From contig NZ_LN831024.1 of NCBI RefSeq assembly GCF_001457615.1, positions 2,880,001 to 2,912,000 on the forward strand: 32,000 nt of DNA. Reading direction: 5' to 3'. How positions within the stretch are numbered: the first letter of the stretch is position 1; every line of letters begins with the position of its first letter. Under the pieces are notes generated by a model that was given only the letters and a program-made list of their open reading frames with translations, was not told the origin of the DNA and did not search any database. Source of the stretch: Pseudomonas aeruginosa. Its GTDB lineage: Bacteria; Pseudomonadota; Gammaproteobacteria; Pseudomonadales; Pseudomonadaceae. Below are positions 11,339 through 19,791 of this stretch, one piece after another. Position numbers and translations under genes: made by a program.

Positions 11339-12431
11339 GGCCGAGCACCTCCACCTTGTCCGCCACCAGCGCGGCCTTGGCCAGCACGCCGGGAAGCTCG
11401 CCGGGCGGCGCGCCGACCTGTAGCAGCAGGCGCCCCAGGGCGCGGCCCTGGATACGCTCTATGCCGCCGTGGAGCAGGTCGACGCGCTGGCCGATGGCCC
11501 TGGCGATGGCCAGCAGGTCCGGCACCCGTCGGCTGGCGCCGGTGTACTGGAGATCGAGCAGCACCGGGTCGCCGGCGCCGGGAGCCTGGCGCAGGCGCGC
11601 CTGGAGGTCGGCCGGGAGGGCGGCGCGCAGGCTGCCGAGCAGGCTTCGGGTGACGGCATGGCGCGGATCGCCGAAGACTTCCCAGACTTCGCCCTGTTCG
11701 ACGATGCGGCCGCATTCGAGGACCACCACGCGGTCGCAGATCTCGCGGATGACCGCCATCTCGTGGGTGATCAGGACGATGGTCAGGCCCAGCCGGCGGT
11801 TGATGTCGCGCAGCAGCGCGAGGATCGCCTGGGTGCTCTCCGGGTCCAGCGCCGAGGTGGCTTCGTCGCAGAGCAGTATCTGCGGCTGGTGCACCAGCGC
11901 GCGGGCGATGCCGACGCGCTGTTTCTGCCCGCCGGAGAGCTGTGCCGGATAGGCGTCGCGTTTTTCCTCCAGGCCGACCAGTTGCAGCAGCCCGGCGACC
12001 CGCTCCTCGATCCGTGCCCGGGGCACCCCGGCCACCCGCAGCGGCAGGGCGATGTTCTGCCACACGGTCTTGGCCGACATCAGGTTGAAGTGCTGGAAGA
12101 TCATGCCGATGCGTCGGCGCAGGGCGACCAGGCGCTGGCCGTCGTAGCCGCCGATGTCTTCGTCGTCGATCAGCACCTGCCCCTCGCTGGGACGCTCCAG
12201 GCGATTGAGGGTGCGGATCAGCGAGGACTTTCCGGCGCCGCTGCGGCCGATGATGCCGAACACTTCGCCGCGGCGGATTTCCAGGTCGATCTCCCGCAGG
12301 GCCTGGACTCCACCGGGGTAGCGCTTGCCCAGGCCGTGGAGACGGATGTGCGGCGTGGAGGCGCGCGTGTCGGGCGCCGTCGGGAACGGTTCGAGGGGCA
12401 GCAGGCTCGGGGGAACGGTCATGGCCGTCAC
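11322..12431 (-). CDS. metN: MetN-like ABC transporter ATP-binding protein
   Basis: Walker [13 protein letters not shown], signature [15 protein letters not shown], Walker [18 protein letters not shown]-terminal NIL-type regulatory extension. Confidence 0.92.
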   Translation of the reverse strand: MTAMTVPPSLLPLEPFPTAPDTRASTPHIRLHGLGKRYPGGVQALREIDLEIRRGEVFGIIGRSGAGKSSLIRTLNRLERPSEGQVLIDDEDIGGYDGQRLVALRRRIGMIFQHFNLMSAKTVWQNIALPLRVAGVPRARIEERVAGLLQLVGLEEKRDAYPAQLSGGQKQRVGIARALVHQPQILLCDEATSALDPESTQAILALLRDINRRLGLTIVLITHEMAVIREICDRVVVLECGRIVEQGEVWEVFGDPRHAVTRSLLGSLRAALPADLQARLRQAPGAGDPVLLDLQYTGASRRVPDLLAIARAIGQRVDLLHGGIERIQGRALGRLLLQVGAPPGELPGVLAKAALVADKVEVLGHVAHA

Positions 12432-13222
12432 TCCCAGCCCGGCTGGTACAGCGTGCCATGGGCCTTGTCCAGCGCGGCGCGGACCACCGGTGAATGCTGG
12501 TAGATGTCGACGAAGCGCGCCAGGCGGCCATCGCGGTCCTGGTAGTCGCCGCGGGTGACGAACTGGATCACGTATTCCCGGTTGTCGATCCCGTCGAACA
12601 GCAGTGCCCGGGTCGGGTCGATGGTCCCGGCCAGGCGCAGGTAGTGCGGGTAGCCCTGGGCCAGGTCGAAATCGTCGAGGGCGCGCGCCAGTTGCACCGC
12701 CTCCAGCTCGGTGATGCGGATGTCCTTCGGGTTGTCGACGATATCGTCGAGGGTCGCCTTGTAGCCGACGCCGTCCCTGAGCTTCAGCAGGCCGGCCTTC
12801 TGTAGCAGTTGCAGGCCGCGGCCGCCATTGATCGGGTCGTTGGCGATGGCCACGCTGGCGCCTTCCGGCAACTCTGCGAGGCTGGCGTAGCGCTTCGAAT
12901 AGAGCCCGACGTTGTTGATGATCCCCGGCGCGAACGGCTTCAACTGGAAGCCGCCTTCGCGGTTGGCGTTTTCCAGGAAGGGCACGTGCTGGAAGTAGTT
13001 GGCGTCGATGTCGCCCTGGGCGAGGGTGATGTTGGGGGCGTTCCAGTCGCTGAACTCGACCAGTTCGACCTTCAGTCCCTGCTTGCCGGCTTCGCTCACG
13101 GCGACTTCCAGCGGCGGGGCGAAGGCGGCGGTGGTGCCGATCTTCAGCGGGGCGTCGGCGGCCTGGGCCGGGCCGCTGCCGAGGAGGACGGCCAGGCTCA
13201 GGGTTTTCAGGGTGTTCAGCAT
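12428..13222 (-). CDS. metQ: MetQ/NlpA-family periplasmic substrate-binding protein
   Basis: [15 protein letters not shown]...[34 protein letters not shown]. Overlaps metN (ATGA). Ala-rich signal peptide without a lipobox Cys. Confidence 0.85.
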   Translation of the reverse strand: MLNTLKTLSLAVLLGSGPAQAADAPLKIGTTAAFAPPLEVAVSEAGKQGLKVELVEFSDWNAPNITLAQGDIDANYFQHVPFLENANREGGFQLKPFAPGIINNVGLYSKRYASLAELPEGASVAIANDPINGGRGLQLLQKAGLLKLRDGVGYKATLDDIVDNPKDIRITELEAVQLARALDDFDLAQGYPHYLRLAGTIDPTRALLFDGIDNREYVIQFVTRGDYQDRDGRLARFVDIYQHSPVVRAALDKAHGTLYQPGWE

Positions 13223-13253
13223 GGTGGGCTCCTGAACGAAAGGGAAAGTGGGG

Positions 13254-14642
13254 TCAGGCCTGGCGCTGGCGCGCGGCCGGGGGCTGGCGGAAGGCGGCGC
13301 CGGCGTGTTCCGCCTGCAGGCGCGCGCGGCCGCCGCCGAAGAGCTTCTCCCGCAGGGTGCCGGGTGCGTAGGCGGTCTTGTAGCTGCCGCGTGCCTGCAA
13401 CTCGGGCACCACCAGGTCGATGAAGTCGGCGTAGCTCTCCGGCTCCACGGTGCGGGTCAGGTTGAAGCCGTCCAGGCCGGTATCGGCGATCCAGCCTTCG
13501 AGGTCGTCGGCGACCTGGCGCGGGTCGCCTACCAGGGTCACGTAGCGGCCGCCCAGGGCCAACTGGTCGAGGAGCTTGCGCACGGTGGAGTCGGTGCGCG
13601 CCACGGTGAGGTTCTTCACCACCGACTCGATGGCGTTGTTCTTCTCGTAGCGGATCGGCTCGTCGAGTCCGTAGCGCGACAGGTCGATGCCGCTGGAGCT
13701 GGCGAAGTGCGCCAGGCCGGCCTCGGGGCTGGCGTAGCGGCGGTACTCGGCATGCTTGTCGCGGGCCTCGGCCGCGGTGGCGGCGACGATCACGTTGATG
13801 CCCATGAAGATCCTGATGTCCTCGGCGCGACGGCCGGCGCCGACCACCGCCGCGCGGATGCGCTGCACCAGTTGGCGGGTGGCCTCGCGGGTCTGTCCGG
13901 AGACAAACACGCATTCGGCGTGGCGCGCGGCGAAGGCCAGGCCACGCTCCGAGGAGCCGGCCTGGAACAGCACCGGGGTGCGCTGTGGAGAGGGCTCGGC
14001 GAGGTGGTAGCCCTCGACCTGGTAGAACTCGCCATGGTGGCGGATCTTGTGGATCTTCTCCGGCCGCGCGTAGACCCGTCGCTGGCGGTCGGCGAGCACC
14101 GCGTCGTCTTCCCAGCTGCCCTCCCAGAGCTTGTAGAGGACCTCCAGGTACTCGTCGGCGCGGTCGTAGCGGCGGTCGTGCTCGATCTGCGCGGACTGGC
14201 CCATGGCCTTGGCCGCGCTTTCCAGGTAGCCGGTGACGATGTTCCAGCCGATCCGCCCGTCGCTCAGGTGGTCGAGGGTCGAGAGCCGCCGGGCGAACGG
14301 GTAGGGCGCCTCGTAGGTGAGGTTGGCGGTGACGCCGAAACCCAGGTGCTCGGTGACCCCGGCCATGGCCGAGACCAGCATCAGCGGGTCGTTCACCGGC
14401 AACTGGACGGCTTCGCGGGCGGTCACCTCGATGCCGCCCTGGTAGACGTCGTAGACGCCGAGGATATCGGCGATGAACAGGCCGTCGAACAGGCCGCGCT
14501 CCAGCAGCCGGGCCAGCTCGGTCCAGTGGCGCAGTTTGCGGTAGTCGCTGGAGCGGTCGCGCGGGTGGGTCCAGAGGCCGTGGTTGATATGGCCGACGCA
14601 ATTCATGCTGAAGGCGTTTAGGAGAATCTGCTTCTTGCTCAT
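13254..14642 (-). CDS. NtaA/SnaA/DszA-family FMN-dependent monooxygenase
   Basis: MSKKQILLNAFSMNCVGHINHGLWTHPRDRS..., FIADILGVYDVYQGG, WNIVTGYLESAAKAMG, FQAGSSERGLAFAARHAECVFVSG. Confidence 0.9.
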   Translation of the reverse strand: MSKKQILLNAFSMNCVGHINHGLWTHPRDRSSDYRKLRHWTELARLLERGLFDGLFIADILGVYDVYQGGIEVTAREAVQLPVNDPLMLVSAMAGVTEHLGFGVTANLTYEAPYPFARRLSTLDHLSDGRIGWNIVTGYLESAAKAMGQSAQIEHDRRYDRADEYLEVLYKLWEGSWEDDAVLADRQRRVYARPEKIHKIRHHGEFYQVEGYHLAEPSPQRTPVLFQAGSSERGLAFAARHAECVFVSGQTREATRQLVQRIRAAVVGAGRRAEDIRIFMGINVIVAATAAEARDKHAEYRRYASPEAGLAHFASSSGIDLSRYGLDEPIRYEKNNAIESVVKNLTVARTDSTVRKLLDQLALGGRYVTLVGDPRQVADDLEGWIADTGLDGFNLTRTVEPESYADFIDLVVPELQARGSYKTAYAPGTLREKLFGGGRARLQAEHAGAAFRQPPAARQRQA

Positions 14643-14659
14643 GGCGGTTCCTTCGGCGT

Positions 14660-15876
14660 TCAGAGCGTGCCGCGGCGTGGCGGCAGGCGGCCGTTGAGGT
14701 AGTAGTCGCCGACCGCGTGGTACTTCCAGCGCACCGGGTCGTGCAGGGTGTGTACGCGGGCGTTGCGCCAGTGGCGGTCGAGACCGAGTTCGGCGAGACA
14801 GGCGCGGCTGCCGCCAAGCTCGATCAGCTTGCTGCCGGCCAGCAGGGCGACCTCGGTGGTCAGCGCGCGGGCTTCGGCGACGGCGATCGAGGCGGCCGCC
14901 ACGCTTTCCGCGTCCGGCTCGGCGGTGGCCCGGTCGAGCACCCGCCCGGCACGCTCCAGCAGCGCTTCGGCGGCGTGCAGGCGGATCGCCAGGCGGCCGA
15001 TCTCATGGATGGTCAGTGGGTCGTCGCTGGCCTTGTCGACGCCGGAGTCGACCCAGGGCCGGGCGCGCTCGCGGACGAAACGCAGGGTGTCCTCGAAGGC
15101 GCCGCGGGCGATCCCGGCGTCGATCGCCGCGTGGAGGATCTGTGCCAGCGGGCCGACGGTGGTCGGGCGCTCGAAGGCGTCCTGGAACGAGACCACGTCC
15201 TCGGCGGCCACCGCTACCCGGTCGAACAGCGCCGAACCGCTGCCGGTGGTGCGTTGACCGAAGCCGGACCAGTCGTCGACGATTTCCAGCCCGGCGCTGT
15301 CGCGCGGGACGAAGGCCAGTTGCTGGCGGCCCTCGTCGTCCACCGCCAGGGTCGGCACCCGCTGCGCGTAGAGTGCGCCGGTGCAGTAGAACTTGCGCCC
15401 GTCCAGGCGGTAGCCGTCGCCGTCGGCGCGCAGGCGGGTACGGCGCTCGCTGGCGGTACGCGTGCCGATCTCGGCCAGGGCGTTGCCGAAACGCTCGCCG
15501 GCCAGGGCGGCGCCGAACAGGCGACCTTTCTGCGCCGGCGAGCCGTTCACCCGCAGCACTTCGAGGGCGTAGAAATGGTTCTGCGGAATCTGCCCCAGGG
15601 AACTGTCGGCGGCGCTGACGATCGCCACCACCTTCGCCAGGGTCACCCGCGAGACGCCGGCCCCGCCGTATTCGCGGGCACCGCGATGCCCCACAGGCCG
15701 GAGCGGGAGAACAGTTCCAGTTCTTCCAGCGGCAGGCGCCGCTCGCGGTCGCGCTGGATGCTTTCGCGGGCGAACAGGGCGGCCAGCTCGCGGGCCGTTT
15801 CCAGGGCTTCGTCGTCGCTGCCGATGCGATGGGCAGCGGCCGTGGGATTGTCGCGCGTAGCGTGTGCGAGGCTCAT
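14660..15876 (-). pseudogene. SfnB-like acyl-CoA-dehydrogenase-fold sulfur-acquisition flavoprotein, split by a -1 frameshift near 15674-15684
   Basis: N-terminal fragment (ORF 15643-15876, ...LPLEELELFSRSGLWGIAVP) and C-terminal fragment (ORF 14660-15694, ...REYGGAGVSRVTLAKV...) together align end to end with the intact tandem paralog at 15887-17122. Confidence 0.8.
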
Positions 15877-15886
15877 CGGGCGCTCC

Positions 15887-17122
15887 TCAGATCCATGAGT
15901 GACGCGCCGGACGGGCGCCGTTCAGGTAGTAGTCGCCGACCGCGTGGACTTTCCAGCGCACCGGGTCGTGCAGGGTATGGGTGCGGGCGTTGCGCCAGTG
16001 CCGGTCGAGGTTGAACTCGGCGAGCGTGGCACGGCTGCCGGCCAGCTCGAAGAGCTTCTCGCTGGCGGCCAGGCTGATCTCGGTGCTCAGCACCTTGGCC
16101 TCGGCCACGGCGATCGAGGCGCGTGCCGCCGACTCGGCGTCCACCGGCCGCGCGGCCACTTCGTCGAGGACCTGGCCGGCCTTCTCCAGCAGGGCGTTGG
16201 CGGCGTGCAGCTCGATTTGCAGGCGGCCGACCTCGGCGATGCTGTAGAGCTCATCGCTGGCGCGTTCGACCTGGGCGTCGATCCAGGGCCGGCTGCGTTC
16301 GCGGACGAAAGCCTGGGCGTCGTCCAGCGCCGCCTGGGCGATGCCGGCGTCGATGGCGGCCTGGATCAGTTGCGAGACGGCGCCCTGGAGGCTCGGGATC
16401 TCGGCCAGCAGGCCGTTGTGGATCAGCATGTCGCCGGCTACCGGAACCTCGTCCAGCAGTACCGTGCCGCTGGCGGTGGTGCGCTGGCCGAAGCCGGACC
16501 AGTCGTCGACGATGCGCAGGCCGGGAGCGCCGCGCTCGACGAAGAGCATCACCGCGCGTTCTTCCTCGTCGATGGCCTTGACCGCCACCCAGTGGGCGAA
16601 CAAGGCTCCGGTGGAGTAGAACTTCTCGCCGCTGACCCGGTAGCCGTCGCCGTCGCGACGGACCCGCGCCTTCAGCTCCAGGGTGTGGCGGGTATTGCGC
16701 TCCGGGCCGGCGTTGGCCAGCCGGCGGCCGTCGAGGATGCCACGGAACAGCTTGCGTTTCTGCGCCGGGCTGGCGACGTTGTCGATCACGCTGAGCAGGC
16801 CGAACTGGTTCTGCGGAATCTGTCCGAGGGCCGGGTCGGCGGCACAGATGACACGGAACACCTCGGCCAGGGTCACATGGGAAACCTGCGCGCCGCCATG
16901 GGCGCGGGGAATGCCGATGCCGCCCAGGCCGAGGCGGGTGAAGAGTTCCAGTTCCTGCCAGGGCAGGCGTCGTTCGCGGTCGCGTAGCGCCGCTTCGCGA
17001 CGGGCCAGTCCGGCTACCTCGTGGGCGGCCTGCAACGCCTGGGCGTCGTTCTCGATGAGGCGTGCCGGGAGTAGCCGGGGCGCCTGGTCACGAAGATCCT
17101 TGGGTGCGGTTTCGTCGGTCAT
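15887..17122 (-). CDS. SfnB-like sulfur-acquisition oxidoreductase (acyl-CoA dehydrogenase fold)
   Basis: Full-length ORF: HVTLAEVFRVICAADPALGQIPQNQFG, RIVDDWSGFGQRTTASGTV, LDRHWRNARTHTLHDPVRWKVHAVGDYYLNG. Confidence 0.85.
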   Translation of the reverse strand: MTDETAPKDLRDQAPRLLPARLIENDAQALQAAHEVAGLARREAALRDRERRLPWQELELFTRLGLGGIGIPRAHGGAQVSHVTLAEVFRVICAADPALGQIPQNQFGLLSVIDNVASPAQKRKLFRGILDGRRLANAGPERNTRHTLELKARVRRDGDGYRVSGEKFYSTGALFAHWVAVKAIDEEERAVMLFVERGAPGLRIVDDWSGFGQRTTASGTVLLDEVPVAGDMLIHNGLLAEIPSLQGAVSQLIQAAIDAGIAQAALDDAQAFVRERSRPWIDAQVERASDELYSIAEVGRLQIELHAANALLEKAGQVLDEVAARPVDAESAARASIAVAEAKVLSTEISLAASEKLFELAGSRATLAEFNLDRHWRNARTHTLHDPVRWKVHAVGDYYLNGARPARHSWI

Positions 17123-17309
17123 GGTTCAGCCTTGCAGCGTGGTGGTTCCGCCAGCGGCATCGGTGTGGCGCGGCTCGCGGGTTCGGTGGTGCGGGTGGAA
17201 CGCCTGGAGGAGGGAGGGGAAACAGGCGGTAACGACATGCTCGCTGGGCACCTCTGGCAGTTCGGATAGGTGGCTGGCGCGATCGCCAAGCCTCTGCCGG
17301 GTCTGTTTG

Positions 17310-17325
17310 CACAAGCCGTGCCGTT
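17310..17325 (-). promoter_or_regulatory. Sigma-54 -24/-12 promoter for the minus-strand operon (minus strand: CGGCACG-GCTT-GTGCA)
   Basis: GG-N10-GC spacing exact; CGGCACG N4 GTGCA versus TGGCACG N4 TTGCW. About 190 bp upstream of the SfnB-like start codon. Confidence 0.72.
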
Positions 17326-17341
17326 TGCTAATCCATAGAAA

Positions 17342-17354
17342 AATCAAAGAGTTG
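17342..17354. promoter_or_regulatory. IHF consensus site AATCAA-AGAG-TTG
   Basis: Perfect match to WATCAANNNNTTR, located between the palindromic site at 17407-17424 and the sigma-54 element at 17310-17325. Confidence 0.65.
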
Positions 17355-17369
17355 GAGGTTTTCTCCAAC
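17351..17369. repeat. Inverted repeat GTTGGAG-GTTTT-CTCCAAC
   Basis: 7-bp perfect arms with a 5-nt spacer inside the divergent intergenic region. Confidence 0.5.
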
Positions 17370-17406
17370 AGTTTCTGCTGGTCCGCGGGCGCTGCCTGTT
17401 GCTCCG

Positions 17407-17424
17407 CTGTTGCCAGGGCAACAG
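17407..17424. promoter_or_regulatory. Palindrome CTGTTGCC-AG-GGCAACAG, candidate activator-binding site, with an extra half-site CTGTTGC at 17396-17402
   Basis: 8-bp perfect arms identical to the msuE-upstream palindrome at 3774-3791; only the central dinucleotide differs. Confidence 0.72.
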
Positions 17425-17540
17425 TTACCGGCGGATTACAGCCGGATGCCGCGCGCCGGCGCCGTGCTGCTAGGGTGATAGGGTTTCGCGCGCGGCGGCC
17501 TGGCGCGCGTCCACCCACTCGGATCGTCGAAGGAACTCCC

Positions 17541-18776
17541 ATGCAGAGCGCTAACGCTTCAGAACTCACCACCGACATCGCCGTGATCGGCGGCGGCGCG
17601 GCCGGCATCGGCGTGATCGCCAGCCTGCTGAAACGTTCGCCGGGGTTGCGTATCAGCCTGATCGAGCCGGCGGACACCCACTACTACCAACCGGGCTGGA
17701 CCCTGGTCGGTGGCGGCACCTACGCACAGGGCGACACCGCGCGGCCGATGGCCGGGCTGGTCCCGCCCGGCGTGGAGTGGTTGCGCACCCGCGTCGAGCG
17801 GGTCGACCCCGAGGCGCGCCGACTGTTGCTGGAGGGCGGCGACAGCCTGGAATACCGCAACCTGATCGTCTGCCCCGGCCTGCGCCTGGCCTGGGAGCGC
17901 ATCGAGGGCCTGGAGGAGACCCTGGGGCGCAACGGCGTCACCTCCAACTACCGCTACGACCTGGCGCCCTACACCTGGGAGCTGGTGCGCGGCCTGCGCG
18001 GCGGCAAGGCGCTGTTCACCCAGCCGGCGATGCCGATCAAGTGCGCCGGGGCGCCGCAGAAGGCCATGTACCTGTCCTGCGACCACTGGCTGCGGGAGGG
18101 CGTGCTGCAGGACATCGAGGTCGAGTTCGACCTGGCCGGCGCGGCGTTGTTCGGTGTCGCCGATTTCGTTCCGCCGCTGATGGAGTACGTGCGCAAGTAT
18201 TCGGCCGAGCTGGCGTTCAATTCCAACCTGGTGAAGGTCGACGGCGCGGCGCGCAAGGCCTGGTTCGAGGTGAAGGACGCCGACGGCAACACCAATCTGG
18301 CGGAAAAGGACTTCGACCTGCTGCACGTGGTGCCGCCGCAGCTGCCGCCGACCTTCGTCGCCGCCAGCGGCCTGGGCGACGCGGCCGGCTGGTGCGAAGT
18401 CGACCCGGCGACCCTGCAACATGTCCGCCATGGCGAGATCTTCGCCCTCGGCGATGTCTGCGGCACCGCCAACGCGAAGACCGCGGCGGCGGCGCGCAAG
18501 CAGATCGTGGTGGTGGCCGAGAACCTTCTCGGCCTGCGCAGCGGCCGTGGCCTGCCGCTGCGCTACGACGGCTACGGCGGTTGTCCGCTGACCGTCGAGC
18601 GCGGCCGGGTGGTGCTGGCGGAGTTCGGCTATGCCGGCAAGCTGCTGCCGACCTTCCCGCTGGAGCCCACCGCGGCCAGCCGCTTCGCCTGGCTGCTCAA
18701 GCGCCACGTACTGCCCTGGGTGTACTGGAACGCCATGCTCAAGGGCCGGGAGTGGCTGGCGCGGCCGGGGCGCTAG
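17541..18776 (+). CDS. Sulfide:quinone oxidoreductase-like flavoprotein (type II-like)
   Basis: FAD motif IAVIGGGAAGIGVIASLL, THYYQPGWTLVGGG, PAMPIKCAGAPQKAMYLSCDHW, IFALGDVCGTANAKTAAAARKQ. Confidence 0.87.
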   Translation: MQSANASELTTDIAVIGGGAAGIGVIASLLKRSPGLRISLIEPADTHYYQPGWTLVGGGTYAQGDTARPMAGLVPPGVEWLRTRVERVDPEARRLLLEGGDSLEYRNLIVCPGLRLAWERIEGLEETLGRNGVTSNYRYDLAPYTWELVRGLRGGKALFTQPAMPIKCAGAPQKAMYLSCDHWLREGVLQDIEVEFDLAGAALFGVADFVPPLMEYVRKYSAELAFNSNLVKVDGAARKAWFEVKDADGNTNLAEKDFDLLHVVPPQLPPTFVAASGLGDAAGWCEVDPATLQHVRHGEIFALGDVCGTANAKTAAAARKQIVVVAENLLGLRSGRGLPLRYDGYGGCPLTVERGRVVLAEFGYAGKLLPTFPLEPTAASRFAWLLKRHVLPWVYWNAMLKGREWLARPGR

Positions 18777-18818
18777 ACCGGGCGGCAGCCCTCGGCCTGA
18801 CCCTCCGCACGGCCGGCC

Positions 18819-19751
18819 TCAAAGCTCGTGGGCGAACGGCAGGTCCGGCCCCACCCGCGAGCAGGTGACCGCCGCCGCGCGGATGGCGAAGGCGAGCATC
18901 GCGTCGATCGCTTCCCGCGACAGCGCGGCTAGCCCGGCCGGGCTGTCGGCGTCGAGGCGGCGGAGGTAGGCGAGGGTCGCCGCCTGGAAGGTATCGCCGG
19001 CGCCGACCGTATCGCGCAGTGGCAGGGCGGTATCCGCCGGGCGACTCCAGCTGCCGTGGGTGCAGTGCACGCTGGCGCCGGCCCCGCCGTGGGTGACGAA
19101 GACCAGCCGGCAGCGCGGGTTCAGCCAGCCGCGGGCCACCTCGCCGGGGTCGCGCCCGGGGTAGAGCAGGGCCAGGTCTTCCTCGCTGGCCTTGATCAGG
19201 TGCGCATGACTGGCGAAGGCCTCGACCCGGCGCCGCCAGAGGTCGGTGTCCGGCTGCGGGTCGAGGCGCACGTTGGGATCCAGGCTGACCAGGCGCCGGC
19301 CGCTCTCGCGCCGGACCAGCGCCAGCAGGGTGTCGGCCACCGGTGTCACCACCAGGGTATAGGAGCCGACGTGCAGCCCGCGTATCCGCCCATCCAGCGT
19401 CGGCAGGTGTTCCAGGCGCACCTGGCGGTCGGCGCAGCCGTCGCCGCGGAACTGGTATTGCGCCGAGCCGCTGGCGTCGAGGCCGACCATGGCCAGGGTG
19501 GTCGGGGCGTCGCTGGGCACCAGGAAGCCGCAGTCCACGCCTTCTTCTTCGAGCACCCGGCGCAGCCGCGTGCCCAGGTAGTCGCTGGACAGCCCGCCGA
19601 ACAGCGCCGCCTCCACGCCCAGCCGGCGCAGGCCGACGGCGACGTTGAACGGCGAGCCGCCGGCGATCGCGGTGAAGCCCAGCTCGTTGCTGCGCGCAGC
19701 GCTTTCCAGGCTGAAGACATCGAAAAGGGCCTCGCCACACACCAGGTACAT
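18819..19751 (-). CDS. mtlZ: Fructokinase (PfkB family) of mannitol operon
   Basis: MYLVCGEALFDVF...GGSPFNVAVGLRRLGVEAALFGGLSSDYLG and C-terminal LRDTVGAGDTFQAATLAYL. Start at 19751 is preferred over the longer ORF. Confidence 0.9.
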   Translation of the reverse strand: MYLVCGEALFDVFSLESAARSNELGFTAIAGGSPFNVAVGLRRLGVEAALFGGLSSDYLGTRLRRVLEEEGVDCGFLVPSDAPTTLAMVGLDASGSAQYQFRGDGCADRQVRLEHLPTLDGRIRGLHVGSYTLVVTPVADTLLALVRRESGRRLVSLDPNVRLDPQPDTDLWRRRVEAFASHAHLIKASEEDLALLYPGRDPGEVARGWLNPRCRLVFVTHGGAGASVHCTHGSWSRPADTALPLRDTVGAGDTFQAATLAYLRRLDADSPAGLAALSREAIDAMLAFAIRAAAVTCSRVGPDLPFAHEL

Positions 19752-19791
19752 GCAGATCTCCAAAACGCCAGAAGAGGAAGGAAAGCGACCA

